Source: Candidatus Marinacidobacterium sp. (lineage in GTDB: Bacteria > Acidobacteriota > Vicinamibacteria > Marinacidobacterales > Marinacidobacteraceae). Taken from it: 64,000 bases of DNA. The notes beneath the pieces were generated by a model. That model worked only from the letters and a program-made list of their open reading frames with translations. It had not been told where the DNA came from and did not search any database. Below are positions 37,315-47,450 of the stretch, one piece after another (positions within the stretch are counted from its first letter, which is position 1; every line of letters begins with the position of its first letter). A program made the translations under genes and the position numbers. The stretch is from contig CBDCRI010000001.1 in assembly GCA_965220965.1 (NCBI GenBank), forward strand, positions 160,001 to 224,000, read 5' to 3'.

Positions 37315-38913
37315 ATGCCAACCTCAACGCGCTGGCTGTTCTACGACCTGGAGACCACCGGCCTGTCGCCGCAGCACGACCAGGTGCTCGGCTTCGCCTG
37401 GATCCTGACCGACGACCAGCTGGAGCCCTTGGAGCGCAGGGAGGGCGTGGTGCGGGTGCGGCCCGACGTGATCCCGACGCCCGGCGCCGCGATGGTCCAC
37501 GGCCTGTCGCCCAAGGACCTGCAGGCGCGGGGCGTCTCCGAGGCCGACTTCATCGCCGCCTTCCAGACGCGCCTGCTGAGCCAGCAGGGGGCGCACCGCG
37601 TGCTGGTCAGCGGCTACAACACGATCGCCTTCGATGACGAATTCATCCGCCACACGCTGTGGAGGAACCTGCTGCCGCCCTACGACCACGAGTGGCGCGG
37701 CGGCAACGCCCGCTGCGACGTGTACCACATGGTGCAGCTCGCCCACGCCTGGGAGCGCGGGCTGGCCTTCTCGGCCAACGCCGACGGCCGGCCCGACATG
37801 CGCCTGGTGGCCGTGGCGCAGGCCAACGGCATCGACCTGTCCGACGAGGCCGCCCACGACGCGCTCGCCGACGTCGAGGCCACGGTCGCGGTGGCGCGGC
37901 GCATCCGCTCCGAGGCGCCCGAGCTGTTCCGGCTGGCCACCACGGCGCTGACCGACAAGAAGGGGCTCAAGCGGCTGCTGTCCCACGCCAACGTGCACGG
38001 GCTGCCCGTCTGGATGACCTCGCGCAAGCTGCCCGGCGGCGGCTCCCTGGTCTACCCGCTCTGCCTGGATCCGCAGAACCTCAACAAGTACTACGCGGTC
38101 GACCTGAACCGTCCGTGCGACGACCTCCTGGAGGCCGATCCGGCCACCATCCGCGAGAACGTCTTCAAGCGGGCCGCCGAGCGCTCCGCCACGGACCCGG
38201 TGATGCCCTGCGTCTCCATCGAGTGCAACCGGATGCCGATGGTTGAGGCGTTCGAGCCCGACTCGCCCGCCCACGTGGCGCGCGCGGCCCGCTTCGGCCT
38301 AGACGTGGCCCGCTGCGAGGAGAGCCTGGCCCTGCTCGCCGACCGCCAGTCCTCGCTGTCGGCGCGGCTGATCGAGGCCCATGACTCGTCCCACCTGCCG
38401 CCGCCGGCGGACCCGGCGTACGGCGGGCTGTACAGCGGCGGCTTCGTCAGCGACGTGGACCGCCAGGGCCTGGAGGCGCTGCGCGGCCCGCTCTTCCTGG
38501 GCGGCCCGCCGCGGATCGCCAGCGCCGACCTGCGCGCCTACTGGCCCGGCAACGCCGACCCGCGCCTGTACGCCCTGTCGCTGCGCCACAAATGGATCGA
38601 GCACGGCCGCGCCGCCCTCGCCGACTTCCCCGACGAGGGCGGCGACTTCGCGCGCTTCCTCTTGGACCGCTTCTTCGGCGACGGCCCCGACGGCATCCCG
38701 CGGCTGGCCGCCTTCCGCCAGGAGATGGCCGAGAAGCGGATCGCGCACGCCAACGACCCGCGGCGGCTGCAGGTGCTCAACGAGCTGGAGGAGCACGTGA
38801 TGGGGCAGGCCCGGCGCGTGCGCGCCTTCGCGCAGCGCTGCGGGGTGGGCTCCGAGCCGCAGTCCGCGCCCAGGGCCGCCGGCGGCCGTCCGTCGCCCGG
38901 GCAGGCCGCCTGA
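37315..38913 (+). CDS. sbcB: exodeoxyribonuclease I
   Basis: DEDDh motifs FYDLETTG, GYNTIAFDDEFIR and AHDALADV; LYSGGF. Confidence 0.88.
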   Translation: MPTSTRWLFYDLETTGLSPQHDQVLGFAWILTDDQLEPLERREGVVRVRPDVIPTPGAAMVHGLSPKDLQARGVSEADFIAAFQTRLLSQQGAHRVLVSGYNTIAFDDEFIRHTLWRNLLPPYDHEWRGGNARCDVYHMVQLAHAWERGLAFSANADGRPDMRLVAVAQANGIDLSDEAAHDALADVEATVAVARRIRSEAPELFRLATTALTDKKGLKRLLSHANVHGLPVWMTSRKLPGGGSLVYPLCLDPQNLNKYYAVDLNRPCDDLLEADPATIRENVFKRAAERSATDPVMPCVSIECNRMPMVEAFEPDSPAHVARAARFGLDVARCEESLALLADRQSSLSARLIEAHDSSHLPPPADPAYGGLYSGGFVSDVDRQGLEALRGPLFLGGPPRIASADLRAYWPGNADPRLYALSLRHKWIEHGRAALADFPDEGGDFARFLLDRFFGDGPDGIPRLAAFRQEMAEKRIAHANDPRRLQVLNELEEHVMGQARRVRAFAQRCGVGSEPQSAPRAAGGRPSPGQAA

Positions 38914-38983
38914 GGCGCCTTGCGCCCCGGCCGCGCCGGCCTCCTGACCGCGCCTTGCCCGGCGGGCCGCTGGCCGGCCCGGC

Positions 38984-39601
38984 TCAAGGGGCGGGGGCGC
39001 GCCTCCCGCGCCGGCGCCCCGCGCCGCCGGGCGCCCGGGCCAAGGCCGCCTCGCTGCGCTCCAGCAGCGCCCGCGCCTCGTCGCGCAGCGCGTCGTGGGC
39101 GCGGGCCAGGGGGCTGCCCGGCGGGCCGTCGTTGGTCAGCGCCTCGTCGATCAGGAGCCGCTTCTCCGCGAGGTAGACGCGGGCGAAGCGGGGGTCGTGG
39201 GCGACGATCGAGTGGGTGTTGTCGATCAGGTCGGCCAGCTTGACCAGCTTGGCGCGGGGCTCGGCGCCGGCCAGGCGGCGCCGGTCGATGGCCTTGCGCG
39301 CGGCGCGGTTGCCGTCCTGCGGGCGCGAGGCGTCGGTCAGGTGGGCCACCAGGCGCGCCACGTGGGGCCCGAGGCCCGACCCCGCAATCTCCGCCTCGGT
39401 CATGGCGGTGTCCTCGATGACGTCGTGCAGCAGGGCCGCGCAGGCGCTGTCCCGGTCCGGGAAGACGGCGATCACGCGCTTGGCGACGGCGATCGGGTGC
39501 TCGACGTAGGGCTCGCGCGTGTACTTGCGCACCTGCCCCGCGTGCGCCCGCACCGCCATGCGCAGCGCATGCGCCACCGAGGGCTCGGCCGCCGGTCCCA
39601 T
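38984..39601 (-). CDS. HD-domain hydrolase (small alarmone hydrolase / Mesh1-like)
   Basis: AHAGQVRKYTREPYVEHP, AALLHDVIEDT and VKLADLIDN. Confidence 0.85.
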   Translation of the reverse strand: MGPAAEPSVAHALRMAVRAHAGQVRKYTREPYVEHPIAVAKRVIAVFPDRDSACAALLHDVIEDTAMTEAEIAGSGLGPHVARLVAHLTDASRPQDGNRAARKAIDRRRLAGAEPRAKLVKLADLIDNTHSIVAHDPRFARVYLAEKRLLIDEALTNDGPPGSPLARAHDALRDEARALLERSEAALARAPGGAGRRRGRRAPAP

Positions 39602-39705
39602 GGCCTTGGCCAGGGACAGCAGCTCCCGGCCGGCCTGGCCCGCGCCGGCGTCCTCGACGGGGCGCTGCGGCGGTTGGGACGGGGGGCGGCCCCCTTTGGC
39701 GTCGC

Positions 39706-40614
39706 TCAGTCGGTGCACAGGCAGTCCATCTCCTGCTCGCCCTCCCCGCCGCCCTGCGCGAACGCCTCCGCGAACAGGTCTTCGGACTGCGTGGCGATGC
39801 GCTTCAGCTCGCTGTAGGAGTGGCGCGACGAGAAGCGCGCGGTCTCGGGGCCGCGCATGGCGCGGCCCGCGGCGTCCTTGGCGATCAGGCGCTCCTCGTT
39901 GATCCACCAGTCGGCGAGGTGCGGCTCGGCGCGGATCACCGACAGCAGGTGGCGGCGGCCCTTGAGGAAGCAGAGCGTGCAGTTGCTCAGCTCCGAGGGG
40001 ATGCCCAGGTCGAAGTTCTGCCGCGCCCAGAACGCGTCCACGTCGGCGCGCGCGACCCGCTGCACGACCAGCGGGTAGTCCGACGTGCAGCCCGCCGGGT
40101 TCATGAGGTGCCGGCGCCAGCGGGCGGGCTCGTCGTGGCGGATGCCCAGGACGTTGCGGACCCGCTCCTTGGGGCGGCCGAGGACGCGCGAAACGTAGCG
40201 CTGCGCGGTCATGACCTTCAGCTCCGCCGTGCACTTGCGCATCACCGCGTTGGGCAGGATCCGCGCCGCCCTGTTCAGCTGCGAGAACGGCTCCCCCGCC
40301 CGGCTGGCGGTCTCGAAGCCGACGCGCTCGACATCGTAGACCCACTCCCCCTCCCCCGGGCTCTCCCGGTGCCGGAACTCGAGCCAGTGGACCTCCATCC
40401 CGGCGCGCTCCTCGATGTCGCGCACGAAAGCGTACGTCTCCTCGCGCTCGAGGCCGGTGTTGCAGAACACCACCGCCGCCCGCTCCGCGGGGATCTCGCC
40501 GCCGTTGGCCGCCTGGATGCGCATCGCCATCATCGCGGAGGAGCGCCCTCCGGAGAGGTTGATGGTGCGGAAGCAGCCGTCGTCCGGCAGCTCGTAGCCC
40601 GGCATCGGCATCAC
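39706..40614 (-). CDS. PAPS-reductase-family PP-loop protein (phage/plasmid type)
   Basis: NLSGGRSS, FCNTGLERE, RKCTAELK, SNCTLCFLKG and terminal CLCTD. Confidence 0.82.
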   Translation of the reverse strand: MMPMPGYELPDDGCFRTINLSGGRSSAMMAMRIQAANGGEIPAERAAVVFCNTGLEREETYAFVRDIEERAGMEVHWLEFRHRESPGEGEWVYDVERVGFETASRAGEPFSQLNRAARILPNAVMRKCTAELKVMTAQRYVSRVLGRPKERVRNVLGIRHDEPARWRRHLMNPAGCTSDYPLVVQRVARADVDAFWARQNFDLGIPSELSNCTLCFLKGRRHLLSVIRAEPHLADWWINEERLIAKDAAGRAMRGPETARFSSRHSYSELKRIATQSEDLFAEAFAQGGGEGEQEMDCLCTD

Positions 40615-40630
40615 GGCACGGCCCCCCGCC

Positions 40631-40900
40631 TCAGTGCCACGTCTCCTCCTCGCCGCTCAGGCAGCGCGCGGCCATGCGCAGCGCCTCGGCCTCGGAGATC
40701 CCCAGGCGGCGGTTCAGCCGGGCGCTCAGCGCCCGGGCGTTGGCCTCGCCGCGCGCCACGAGCCCGGTGCCGAACAGGGACGCAACGCCCTCGATGGCCA
40801 TCAGCACGCGCCCGGCGCGGCCGGGCCGCGAGTCGGCCAGGAAGCAGAAGTTGACCGGCGGGAGGGCCGCCGGCGGCGGCGCTTCCTCGATGTCGCCCAT
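40631..40900 (-). CDS. hypothetical protein (89 aa)
   Basis: AGGAGG...GAGG RBS; ATGGTATAATGCA promoter at 40985-40997; first gene of a three-gene run. Confidence 0.6.
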   Translation of the reverse strand: MGDIEEAPPPAALPPVNFCFLADSRPGRAGRVLMAIEGVASLFGTGLVARGEANARALSARLNRRLGISEAEALRMAARCLSGEEETWH

Positions 40901-41076
40901 TGGCCTCAATCCTCCTTTGCGGGCGGGGCCCGGACGGCCCCGGCACCGCCTGCCGGGCCGCGCGCCCCGCCCCGTTGAAACACTTGCATTATACCATATC
41001 CCGGCCCGCCGACGGCGCCGGGACGCCGCCTTGCGGGCCTTGCCGGGCATCCGCCAGGGGCGGGGCGCCGCGTCCC

Positions 41077-42048
41077 TCACGGCCGCGGGAACCCCGCCCC
41101 GGCGGGTCGCGGGGCCGGCGCGCCCAGCGGCCGCCCCTGCGGGTCGAAGGCGGCCTCCATCCGCCGCTCTACGACGTGGCGGCGCAGCCACACGCGCCGC
41201 TCCACGACGATCGCGCCGGCCGCCCCGGCGGGCGCGCGCACGCAGACCCTGACCCGTCCGCCGTCGCCCCGGATCCAGTCGTGCAGCGCACCCTCCGCCA
41301 CGTCGAGCATCGCGCGGGCCAGCGGCGTCGCCGCGAACGCCGCCTCCCTCTCCGCGGCCCCGGCGTCGGACGGGCCGGCGGACGCGCCCCCGGCTCCCAC
41401 CTCCAGGCCGTCCAGCCAAAGCTCCTCGCCCGCCCCGATGAAGGTGGCCTCGATCCGAGCCTCGCGCCCTGCGGGGAGGCCCGCCCGCAGCTCGCCGACG
41501 CCGGCCTGGATGGCCCGCGCGGCGCCGGGGCCGAGGTCGAGCTCGTCGGTGCCCGGCACCGGCGCCGCCGAGCCCCTGGGGATGGCGGTCGAGTGCGCCG
41601 CGCCGGGCCTGGGGACGACGAAGCGCTCGGCCGTGCGGACCGCCGACAGCGAGACCGCCCCGTCTGGCACGGACACGGTGACGGCGAGCGTCCCGCCACC
41701 GCCCTGCTCCAGGCCGTCGAGGTCCGGGCGCTCCTCGATCAGCCGCCAGGCCAGGTCGGCGGCGCGCTCGCGCATGGCCTCGGTCTCGCCCTCGGCAAAG
41801 CCCGGCTCGTCGGACTCCACGTCCATCGGCCCGCCGTCGTCGCGCCAGCGGGCGGCGCGCCCGCCGAAGCGGCAGGAGACGCGCTCCACCGCCCCCTCGT
41901 CGCCGAAGCCCGACCAGTGCACGGTGACCGTCTCCGGCGGCGCCGGGCCGTAGGCGGCCGCGACCTCCGCCAGCAGCGCCCGCAGCGCGGCGTGCGAGGC
42001 CCCGCGCCTGGCGCGGTCCACGGCCTGCGTCCCTTGCCTCTCCTCCAT
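41077..42048 (-). CDS. acidic GxGDxG-family protein, paralogue 9
   Basis: VTVHWSGFGDEG...GLEQGGGG and a second motif FIGAGEE. Confidence 0.72.
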   Translation of the reverse strand: MEERQGTQAVDRARRGASHAALRALLAEVAAAYGPAPPETVTVHWSGFGDEGAVERVSCRFGGRAARWRDDGGPMDVESDEPGFAEGETEAMRERAADLAWRLIEERPDLDGLEQGGGGTLAVTVSVPDGAVSLSAVRTAERFVVPRPGAAHSTAIPRGSAAPVPGTDELDLGPGAARAIQAGVGELRAGLPAGREARIEATFIGAGEELWLDGLEVGAGGASAGPSDAGAAEREAAFAATPLARAMLDVAEGALHDWIRGDGGRVRVCVRAPAGAAGAIVVERRVWLRRHVVERRMEAAFDPQGRPLGAPAPRPAGAGFPRP

Positions 42049-42326
42049 GGAACCATTAAAGCAATCGGCTGACAGGGGGGGCGGCGCCTTTCTCACCCTG
42101 ATTGTCGCTGGCCTCCGCATTGCCTCTCATCTTGATTGTCGCTAGACAGCGCCCCCTTCGGGGCGGCAATGGCGGCGCCGGCCCCGCGCGCCTGCGCCTG
42201 CCTTTGCTTTTGTGCAGCGATTGCCTCTATGCTGTCAGCCCGCAGCGCCGTTGCGCGCTCGGGGAGAGGGCAGGCCGCCAGAGGACAGGCGAGGAGGAGC
42301 TGTGGGCGATCGGCCACCGCCACACC

Positions 42327-43424
42327 GTGCATAACCCGGAACCGGCCGCCTTGGCCCCCCGCCGCCCCGCCGCCCCGCCGGCCGAGCCGGACGCCGCGGC
42401 GGCGCTGGCGGCGCTGCGCCTGGCCTTCAGCGAGCCCCAGGCGCCGGCCTCGCGCAACGTGCGCATCTTCATGCGCTACTTCACCCCCTTCGAAGGGCGC
42501 GCCACCCTGCGGGGCATCGGCGCGGACATGGGCCTGACCCGGGAGCGGGTCCGCCAGGTGGTGGAGGCCGTCGCCGCCGGCTCCAAGCGGCACCGCCTGC
42601 GCGCGCCGCTGGCCGCCGCGGTGGACGCCCTCGGCAGCGCCTCGCCGGTCCGGGTGGACGCCGTCTCGCCCGGCCTGGCCGCCCCCGGGCAGCTGCTGCG
42701 CCTGGCCAAGGCCCTCGGCGTGGACGCCGGGGGCCTGTCCCTGGAGGTGGTGCGCGGCGCCGAGGTGCTCGCCTTCGCCGCCGACGCCAAGGCGCTGCGC
42801 GCCGCCCTCGCCAGCCTCGAGCGGCAGACCGCCCGCCGCGGGCTGGCGGACGTGCCGACGGCGGTGCGCGCCGGCACCCGCGACGCGGCCCTGCAGCCCC
42901 GCCTGCGGCGCTTCATGCTCCGGGACATGCCGCGCTACCCGCTGGCCTGGGTGGCGGCCGACGGGCGCTGCGCGCAGTTCGGCCCCGCCTGCGCCAAGCT
43001 CAGCCGCAACATCGGCAAGGCGCTCGCGCTGTACGGCGCCATCGAGGAGCGCGACTTCGTCAGCGGCCTGCTGCGCCTGTTCCGCCGCGGGGAGGTGGAC
43101 GGCGCCGGGGCCGCGCACCGCGAGGCGATGCTGTCGGCCGCCGCCGCGCTGCCGTTCGCGGAGCGCTCGGGCGGCTGCGTGCGGGCCGCCGGCGCGCCGC
43201 CGGCCAGCCCGGGGGAGGACGCGGGCGACGCCTTCCTGGAGGACCGCATCGCGGCCCACGTGCTGGCGCGGGGGCAGGCGTCGATCAAGGAGATCATGGC
43301 GCGCTTCGGCCTGCCCAGGACGCTGGTGGCGCCGATCCTGTGCTACTCGGCCCTGCTGCTGCCCACCGGCCGGCCCGGCGTGTACCGGGCGCTGGCCCAG
43401 CGCCCGGCGGACGGGCCGGGCTAG
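42327..43424 (+). CDS. protein with sigma-70 region-4-like HTH
   Basis: ATLRGIGADMGLTRERVRQV; start uncertain (frame open from 42102). Confidence 0.6.
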   Translation: MHNPEPAALAPRRPAAPPAEPDAAAALAALRLAFSEPQAPASRNVRIFMRYFTPFEGRATLRGIGADMGLTRERVRQVVEAVAAGSKRHRLRAPLAAAVDALGSASPVRVDAVSPGLAAPGQLLRLAKALGVDAGGLSLEVVRGAEVLAFAADAKALRAALASLERQTARRGLADVPTAVRAGTRDAALQPRLRRFMLRDMPRYPLAWVAADGRCAQFGPACAKLSRNIGKALALYGAIEERDFVSGLLRLFRRGEVDGAGAAHREAMLSAAAALPFAERSGGCVRAAGAPPASPGEDAGDAFLEDRIAAHVLARGQASIKEIMARFGLPRTLVAPILCYSALLLPTGRPGVYRALAQRPADGPG

Positions 43425-44824
43425 CCGGCGCTGACGCCGTTGGCCGGCGCCCCCGGCCCCGGCAGGCGCCCGGCCAGCGCCCAGGCGGCCTCCCACTCGG
43501 GAACGCCGCGCCCGAACCGGGCGTGCACGGCCTGCAGGGCGGCGGCCGCGTCGCCGCCGTGCACGGCGGCCCAGCGGCGCACCATGCACAGCGCCGCCAG
43601 CGGCTCGAAGCGCTCCGCGGCGGCCTCGACGTCGGCCTCGATGAGGGCGACCGCGGCGGCCGCGGACACCGGCCCGCGGATGCGGCGCCAGACCGCCTCG
43701 TAGCGCTCCCCCCAGGGGTTGGCGAACTCGCCGTTCGGCTCCGCGGGGTCGATGCCGCGGCGGTAGGCCGCCTCCGCGTTGGCCACCCACACCGCCACCG
43801 CCCGCTCGTCGAGCCGGACGCCGCGGGCCTTGTCCCAGGCGGAGGCGAACATCTCCGGCAGCTCGTCGAGGGTGTTGCCCGACTCCATGGGGCGCGAGCC
43901 GTGCCGGCTTGCGGTGCGCAGCATCCAGGCGGTCAGCGCGGTGACCGCGCGCTCGTCGCCGCAGCGCACCGGACTGCCCGCCGCCGCCATGGTCACCTTG
44001 AGGGCGAACGCGTGCCGCGAGTCGCTCTCATCGAGCGCCTCGACGGCCGGCCGGAAGCGGTGCGCGAGGTCGGCCTCCGAGAACCCGGCCACGCCCTCCG
44101 TCCAGCCGAGCCGCGTCGGGTCGGCCGGGCCGGACGGGGCCGCCCCCGGCGCGGCCGGCGGCGCCCGCCTGGGGGCCCGCCGCGGCCTGCCGGCGGCCCC
44201 GCCGGGGGCGGCGCCGCCGTGGCCGAGCAGGAAGGCCGCGTCCACCCAGGGGCCGCGGGTGCGCTGGATGGTGCCGGTCCAGTCGTTGTCCGGATGGGTG
44301 GCCGGCAGGTAGTAGACGCCCGAGGGGTTCTGCCGCTGGGTGTCGGCGCCGCAGGCGCGCAGCAGGCCGAGCACGTGCGCCTTCCACTGCTCCGCGGGAA
44401 CGTCCTGGGCGAGAGGCGCCACCAGCCGGTACTTGTGCGGCTTCTCCGCGGTCCACGAGTAGGTCCGGTGGATGACGTGCTCGCGGCCGGCGAAGCGCTC
44501 CCGCGCCCGGTCGAGGGCGCCCGGGGCGTCGAGGTCGAGCACCACCATGGTCACCGCCGCCACGTTGGCGTCCAGCCGCACCGAGCGGGTCGGCCGGCCG
44601 GTGTGGCGGCTGACCTTGTCCGACACCCGCCACTCCGACGGCGGCTTGTAGCGCGCCGGGATGAAGCAGGGGCCGTCCTTGCGCGCCAGCGGCCGGTAGC
44701 CCGAGAGGTGCTCGGCCACGAAGGCCTCCCAGGTGCCGGTCTCCATGCCGCGCTCCAGGTCCTCGCGCCGCGTGCATGACGCGGAGTCCATGAGCAGGCG
44801 GGCGAGCTGGCGGTCGCCGCTCAC
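43421..44824 (-). CDS. primase-polymerase (AEP)-like replication protein
   Basis: R..ANV...VVLDLD, HRTYS...KYRLVAPL and D...NPSGVYYLP; GTG start overlaps the recJ stop (GTGA). Confidence 0.6.
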   Translation of the reverse strand: MSGDRQLARLLMDSASCTRREDLERGMETGTWEAFVAEHLSGYRPLARKDGPCFIPARYKPPSEWRVSDKVSRHTGRPTRSVRLDANVAAVTMVVLDLDAPGALDRARERFAGREHVIHRTYSWTAEKPHKYRLVAPLAQDVPAEQWKAHVLGLLRACGADTQRQNPSGVYYLPATHPDNDWTGTIQRTRGPWVDAAFLLGHGGAAPGGAAGRPRRAPRRAPPAAPGAAPSGPADPTRLGWTEGVAGFSEADLAHRFRPAVEALDESDSRHAFALKVTMAAAGSPVRCGDERAVTALTAWMLRTASRHGSRPMESGNTLDELPEMFASAWDKARGVRLDERAVAVWVANAEAAYRRGIDPAEPNGEFANPWGERYEAVWRRIRGPVSAAAAVALIEADVEAAAERFEPLAALCMVRRWAAVHGGDAAAALQAVHARFGRGVPEWEAAWALAGRLPGPGAPANGVSAG

Positions 44825-46599
44825 GGCGCGGCCCCGGCCGCCGGCCGCGCCGCCAGGGCGGGGCCGTCGAGGACGTCGAGGATGCGCACCTGGAACTCGG
44901 CGCGCCCGTGGCGGCGGCGCACCTCCAGGGCGTAGCGGCAGTCGATCGCCGGCCCCTGCGCCGCCGCGCGCGGCGGCCCGTCCCCGTGGCGCGAGAACAG
45001 CACGCCCTCGAAGCGCCGCTCCGGGGCGGACGGGCAGGCCAGCAGCAGGCGCAGGTGGCCGCCGCGCAGCGGCGTGCGCTCGGCGACCCGCAGCCGCCCG
45101 GCGAAGGCCGGCGGCTCGAACCCGGCCCCCCAGTGGGCCCCGGCCTCCAGCGCCAGGGCCGTCTCCAGGCCGTGCCACTCGGCGGGCGGGTCGATGCGGT
45201 CGACGTAGCGCGCCCCGTCCAGGGCGCCGGGCGCCGCGGTGGCCGCCACCGCCTCCGCGAACGCCTCGCGGAACGGCTCCAGGGCGTCCTCCCGGATGGA
45301 CAGCCCGGCAGCCATCGCGTGGCCGCCGAAGCCGTGGAACCAGTCGGGCCTGGCGCTGTGCAGGCCGTCGAGGACGTGCTTCACGTGCACCCCCTCCACG
45401 GAGCGCGCGCTGCCCTTCAGGCGGCCGGCGCCGGACTGCGCGAAGCACACCGCCGGGCGGCCGTGGCGCTCCACCAGGCGGCTCGCCGCCAGCCCCACCA
45501 CGCCCTCGTGGGCGCCCGCCCGGAACGCCACCATGGCGGCGGCGCCGGCCTCCGCGCCCCAGTCGCCGAGGTCGAGCGAGGCCAGCCGGTCGAGCTCGTC
45601 GCGCCGCTCGACGTTCATCGCCTCCAGCGCCCGGGCGAGGCGCGAGGCGGTGCGGAAGTCGGGCGCCCGCAGCGCGTCGATGCCGGCGCTCATGTTGGCC
45701 ATGCGGCCCGCCGCGTTCAGGCGCGGGCCGATGCCGAAGCTGATGTCGGCGGTGGTCAGGTGGTCGCGGTCGATGCGCGCCTGCGCCATCAGCGCCTTGA
45801 TCCCCGGCCGCCCGCGGCCCGCCCGCAGCCGGGCGATGCCGTGCTCCACCAGGGTGCGGTTGACGCGGTCCATGGGCACCATGTCGGCCACCGTGGCGAG
45901 CGCCACCAGGTCAAGCAGCGCCGCGATGTCCGGCTCCCCGTCGGGAAAGGCGCCGCGCTCGCGCAGCGCCTGGCGCACGGCGGCGGCGACGTACCAGGCC
46001 ACGCCGCAGCCGGCCAGGCTGCGCGTCGGGAAGCCGCAGCGCGGCCGGTTGGGGTTGACGATGGCCAGCGCCTCCGGCTCGCCCAGGGCGCTCTCCAGGT
46101 GGTGGTCGGTGATGATCAGGTCGGGCGGCCGCGCCCAGGAGGCCACCGCCCGCGCCCCGTCGATGCTCGCGGTGCCGTTGTCCACGGTGACCAGCACGTC
46201 GGGCCGGCGCGCCTCCAGGTGCGCCGCCACCGCCGGCGACAGGCCGTAGCCGTGCGCCACGCGGTCCGGCACCGCCCACTCGACCTGGCTGGCGCCGAAG
46301 CCGGCGAGCGCCTCGGCCATCACCGTGGTGGCGGTGGCGCCGTCCACGTCGTAGTCGCCGAGGATGAGCACGCGCTCGCCGCGCTGCACCGCGTCGGCCA
46401 GCCGGTCGGCCGCCTTGCCGATGTCGGCCATGGCGCGCGGCTGCGGCAGCCCGCCGAGCCCGGTGTCGAGGTCGCCGGCGCCGCGCACGCCGCGGTTGTG
46501 CAGGCAGAGGTCGAGGCAGGCGTTGCCGGTCAGCGGCGCCGGGGCGGCGCCGTCGCCGCGCACGATGATCGGCCTCTCGATGTCCCCCGGATTGTCCAC
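44821..46599 (-). CDS. recJ: single-stranded-DNA-specific exonuclease RecJ
   Basis: GDYDVDG, TVDNG, ITDHH, PRLNAAGR, GSARS and GGHAMAAG. Confidence 0.95.
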   Translation of the reverse strand: MDNPGDIERPIIVRGDGAAPAPLTGNACLDLCLHNRGVRGAGDLDTGLGGLPQPRAMADIGKAADRLADAVQRGERVLILGDYDVDGATATTVMAEALAGFGASQVEWAVPDRVAHGYGLSPAVAAHLEARRPDVLVTVDNGTASIDGARAVASWARPPDLIITDHHLESALGEPEALAIVNPNRPRCGFPTRSLAGCGVAWYVAAAVRQALRERGAFPDGEPDIAALLDLVALATVADMVPMDRVNRTLVEHGIARLRAGRGRPGIKALMAQARIDRDHLTTADISFGIGPRLNAAGRMANMSAGIDALRAPDFRTASRLARALEAMNVERRDELDRLASLDLGDWGAEAGAAAMVAFRAGAHEGVVGLAASRLVERHGRPAVCFAQSGAGRLKGSARSVEGVHVKHVLDGLHSARPDWFHGFGGHAMAAGLSIREDALEPFREAFAEAVAATAAPGALDGARYVDRIDPPAEWHGLETALALEAGAHWGAGFEPPAFAGRLRVAERTPLRGGHLRLLLACPSAPERRFEGVLFSRHGDGPPRAAAQGPAIDCRYALEVRRRHGRAEFQVRILDVLDGPALAARPAAGAAP

Positions 46600-46693
46600 G
46601 GGGCCATTGTACAATCCGGCGGCCCGGCGGCCCCGCGCGACGCCCGGCCGCTATAATGGCGGCAGCCCCGTTGCGCGCCGGAGGGAGCGCCCC

Positions 46694-47341
46694 ATGAACC
46701 AAGGCCCGGCCTACGGCTTCCACTTCCTGCTGCCGATGCCCGACCTCGCGGCCGCCCGCCGCGCGGAGGCGGCGATTGCGCTGCTGACGAAGGGCGGCGC
46801 GCGCATCGAGTGGCCCCGCGCGCCGGCGGACGGGGACGGCCCCCCGCGGATCGGCTCGAAGGCCTTCCCGTCGCCGGCGTCCCTGTTCCGCGGCACCGCT
46901 CCCCTGCCGGCCTCCGAGGAGGCCCTCGACCTGGCCTGGCGCCTGGCCAACGACCTGCTGGCGCAGGCGGACGGCCGCCACTCGTTGGAGGCCTGCCTGG
47001 AGAGGGACGGATGGTGGCCCGGGTTCTACCCCGCCGCCGAGGAGAATTGGAGGCGGGGCGCCACCCTGAGGTTCCATGCGCGGGGGCGGTCGGCCAGCGT
47101 TGAAGGCGCCGCCGCCCTGGTTGTCGGGCTGTGCCGGGCGCTCGACCTGCCGCCCCACGAATGGGAGTGGTGGCTCTGGTCCACGGGCGGGCCCGCCGCA
47201 TGCCTCAGCGGGACGGTGGCATGCTCCCGGGAGGGCGCGGAGCACCGCCTCCCGACCGCTTGGGGGGCGCCCACGCTTGGCGAAGCGCAAGCCGAAGGCA
47301 CTTCGGCCGGGCGCGCCTGGGTGCGGTCCCCGGATCCCTGA
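46694..47341 (+). CDS. hypothetical protein, paralogue of the next gene
   Basis: CTATAAT at about 46651, GGAGGGAG RBS; PMPD...RRAEAA..LLT.G.ARI.WP...FPSPASL...AWRLAN shared with 47451. Confidence 0.7.
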   Translation: MNQGPAYGFHFLLPMPDLAAARRAEAAIALLTKGGARIEWPRAPADGDGPPRIGSKAFPSPASLFRGTAPLPASEEALDLAWRLANDLLAQADGRHSLEACLERDGWWPGFYPAAEENWRRGATLRFHARGRSASVEGAAALVVGLCRALDLPPHEWEWWLWSTGGPAACLSGTVACSREGAEHRLPTAWGAPTLGEAQAEGTSAGRAWVRSPDP

Positions 47342-47450
47342 CCGCGGCCGTCCAGCGACACGCTGGGCCACTGACGCCGCCGCGGGGGCCGAAGCGGCGC
47401 TGCGCTCCTACAATGGTTCGGCGACGACCACTGCCGGAGGGCGGCCTTCG

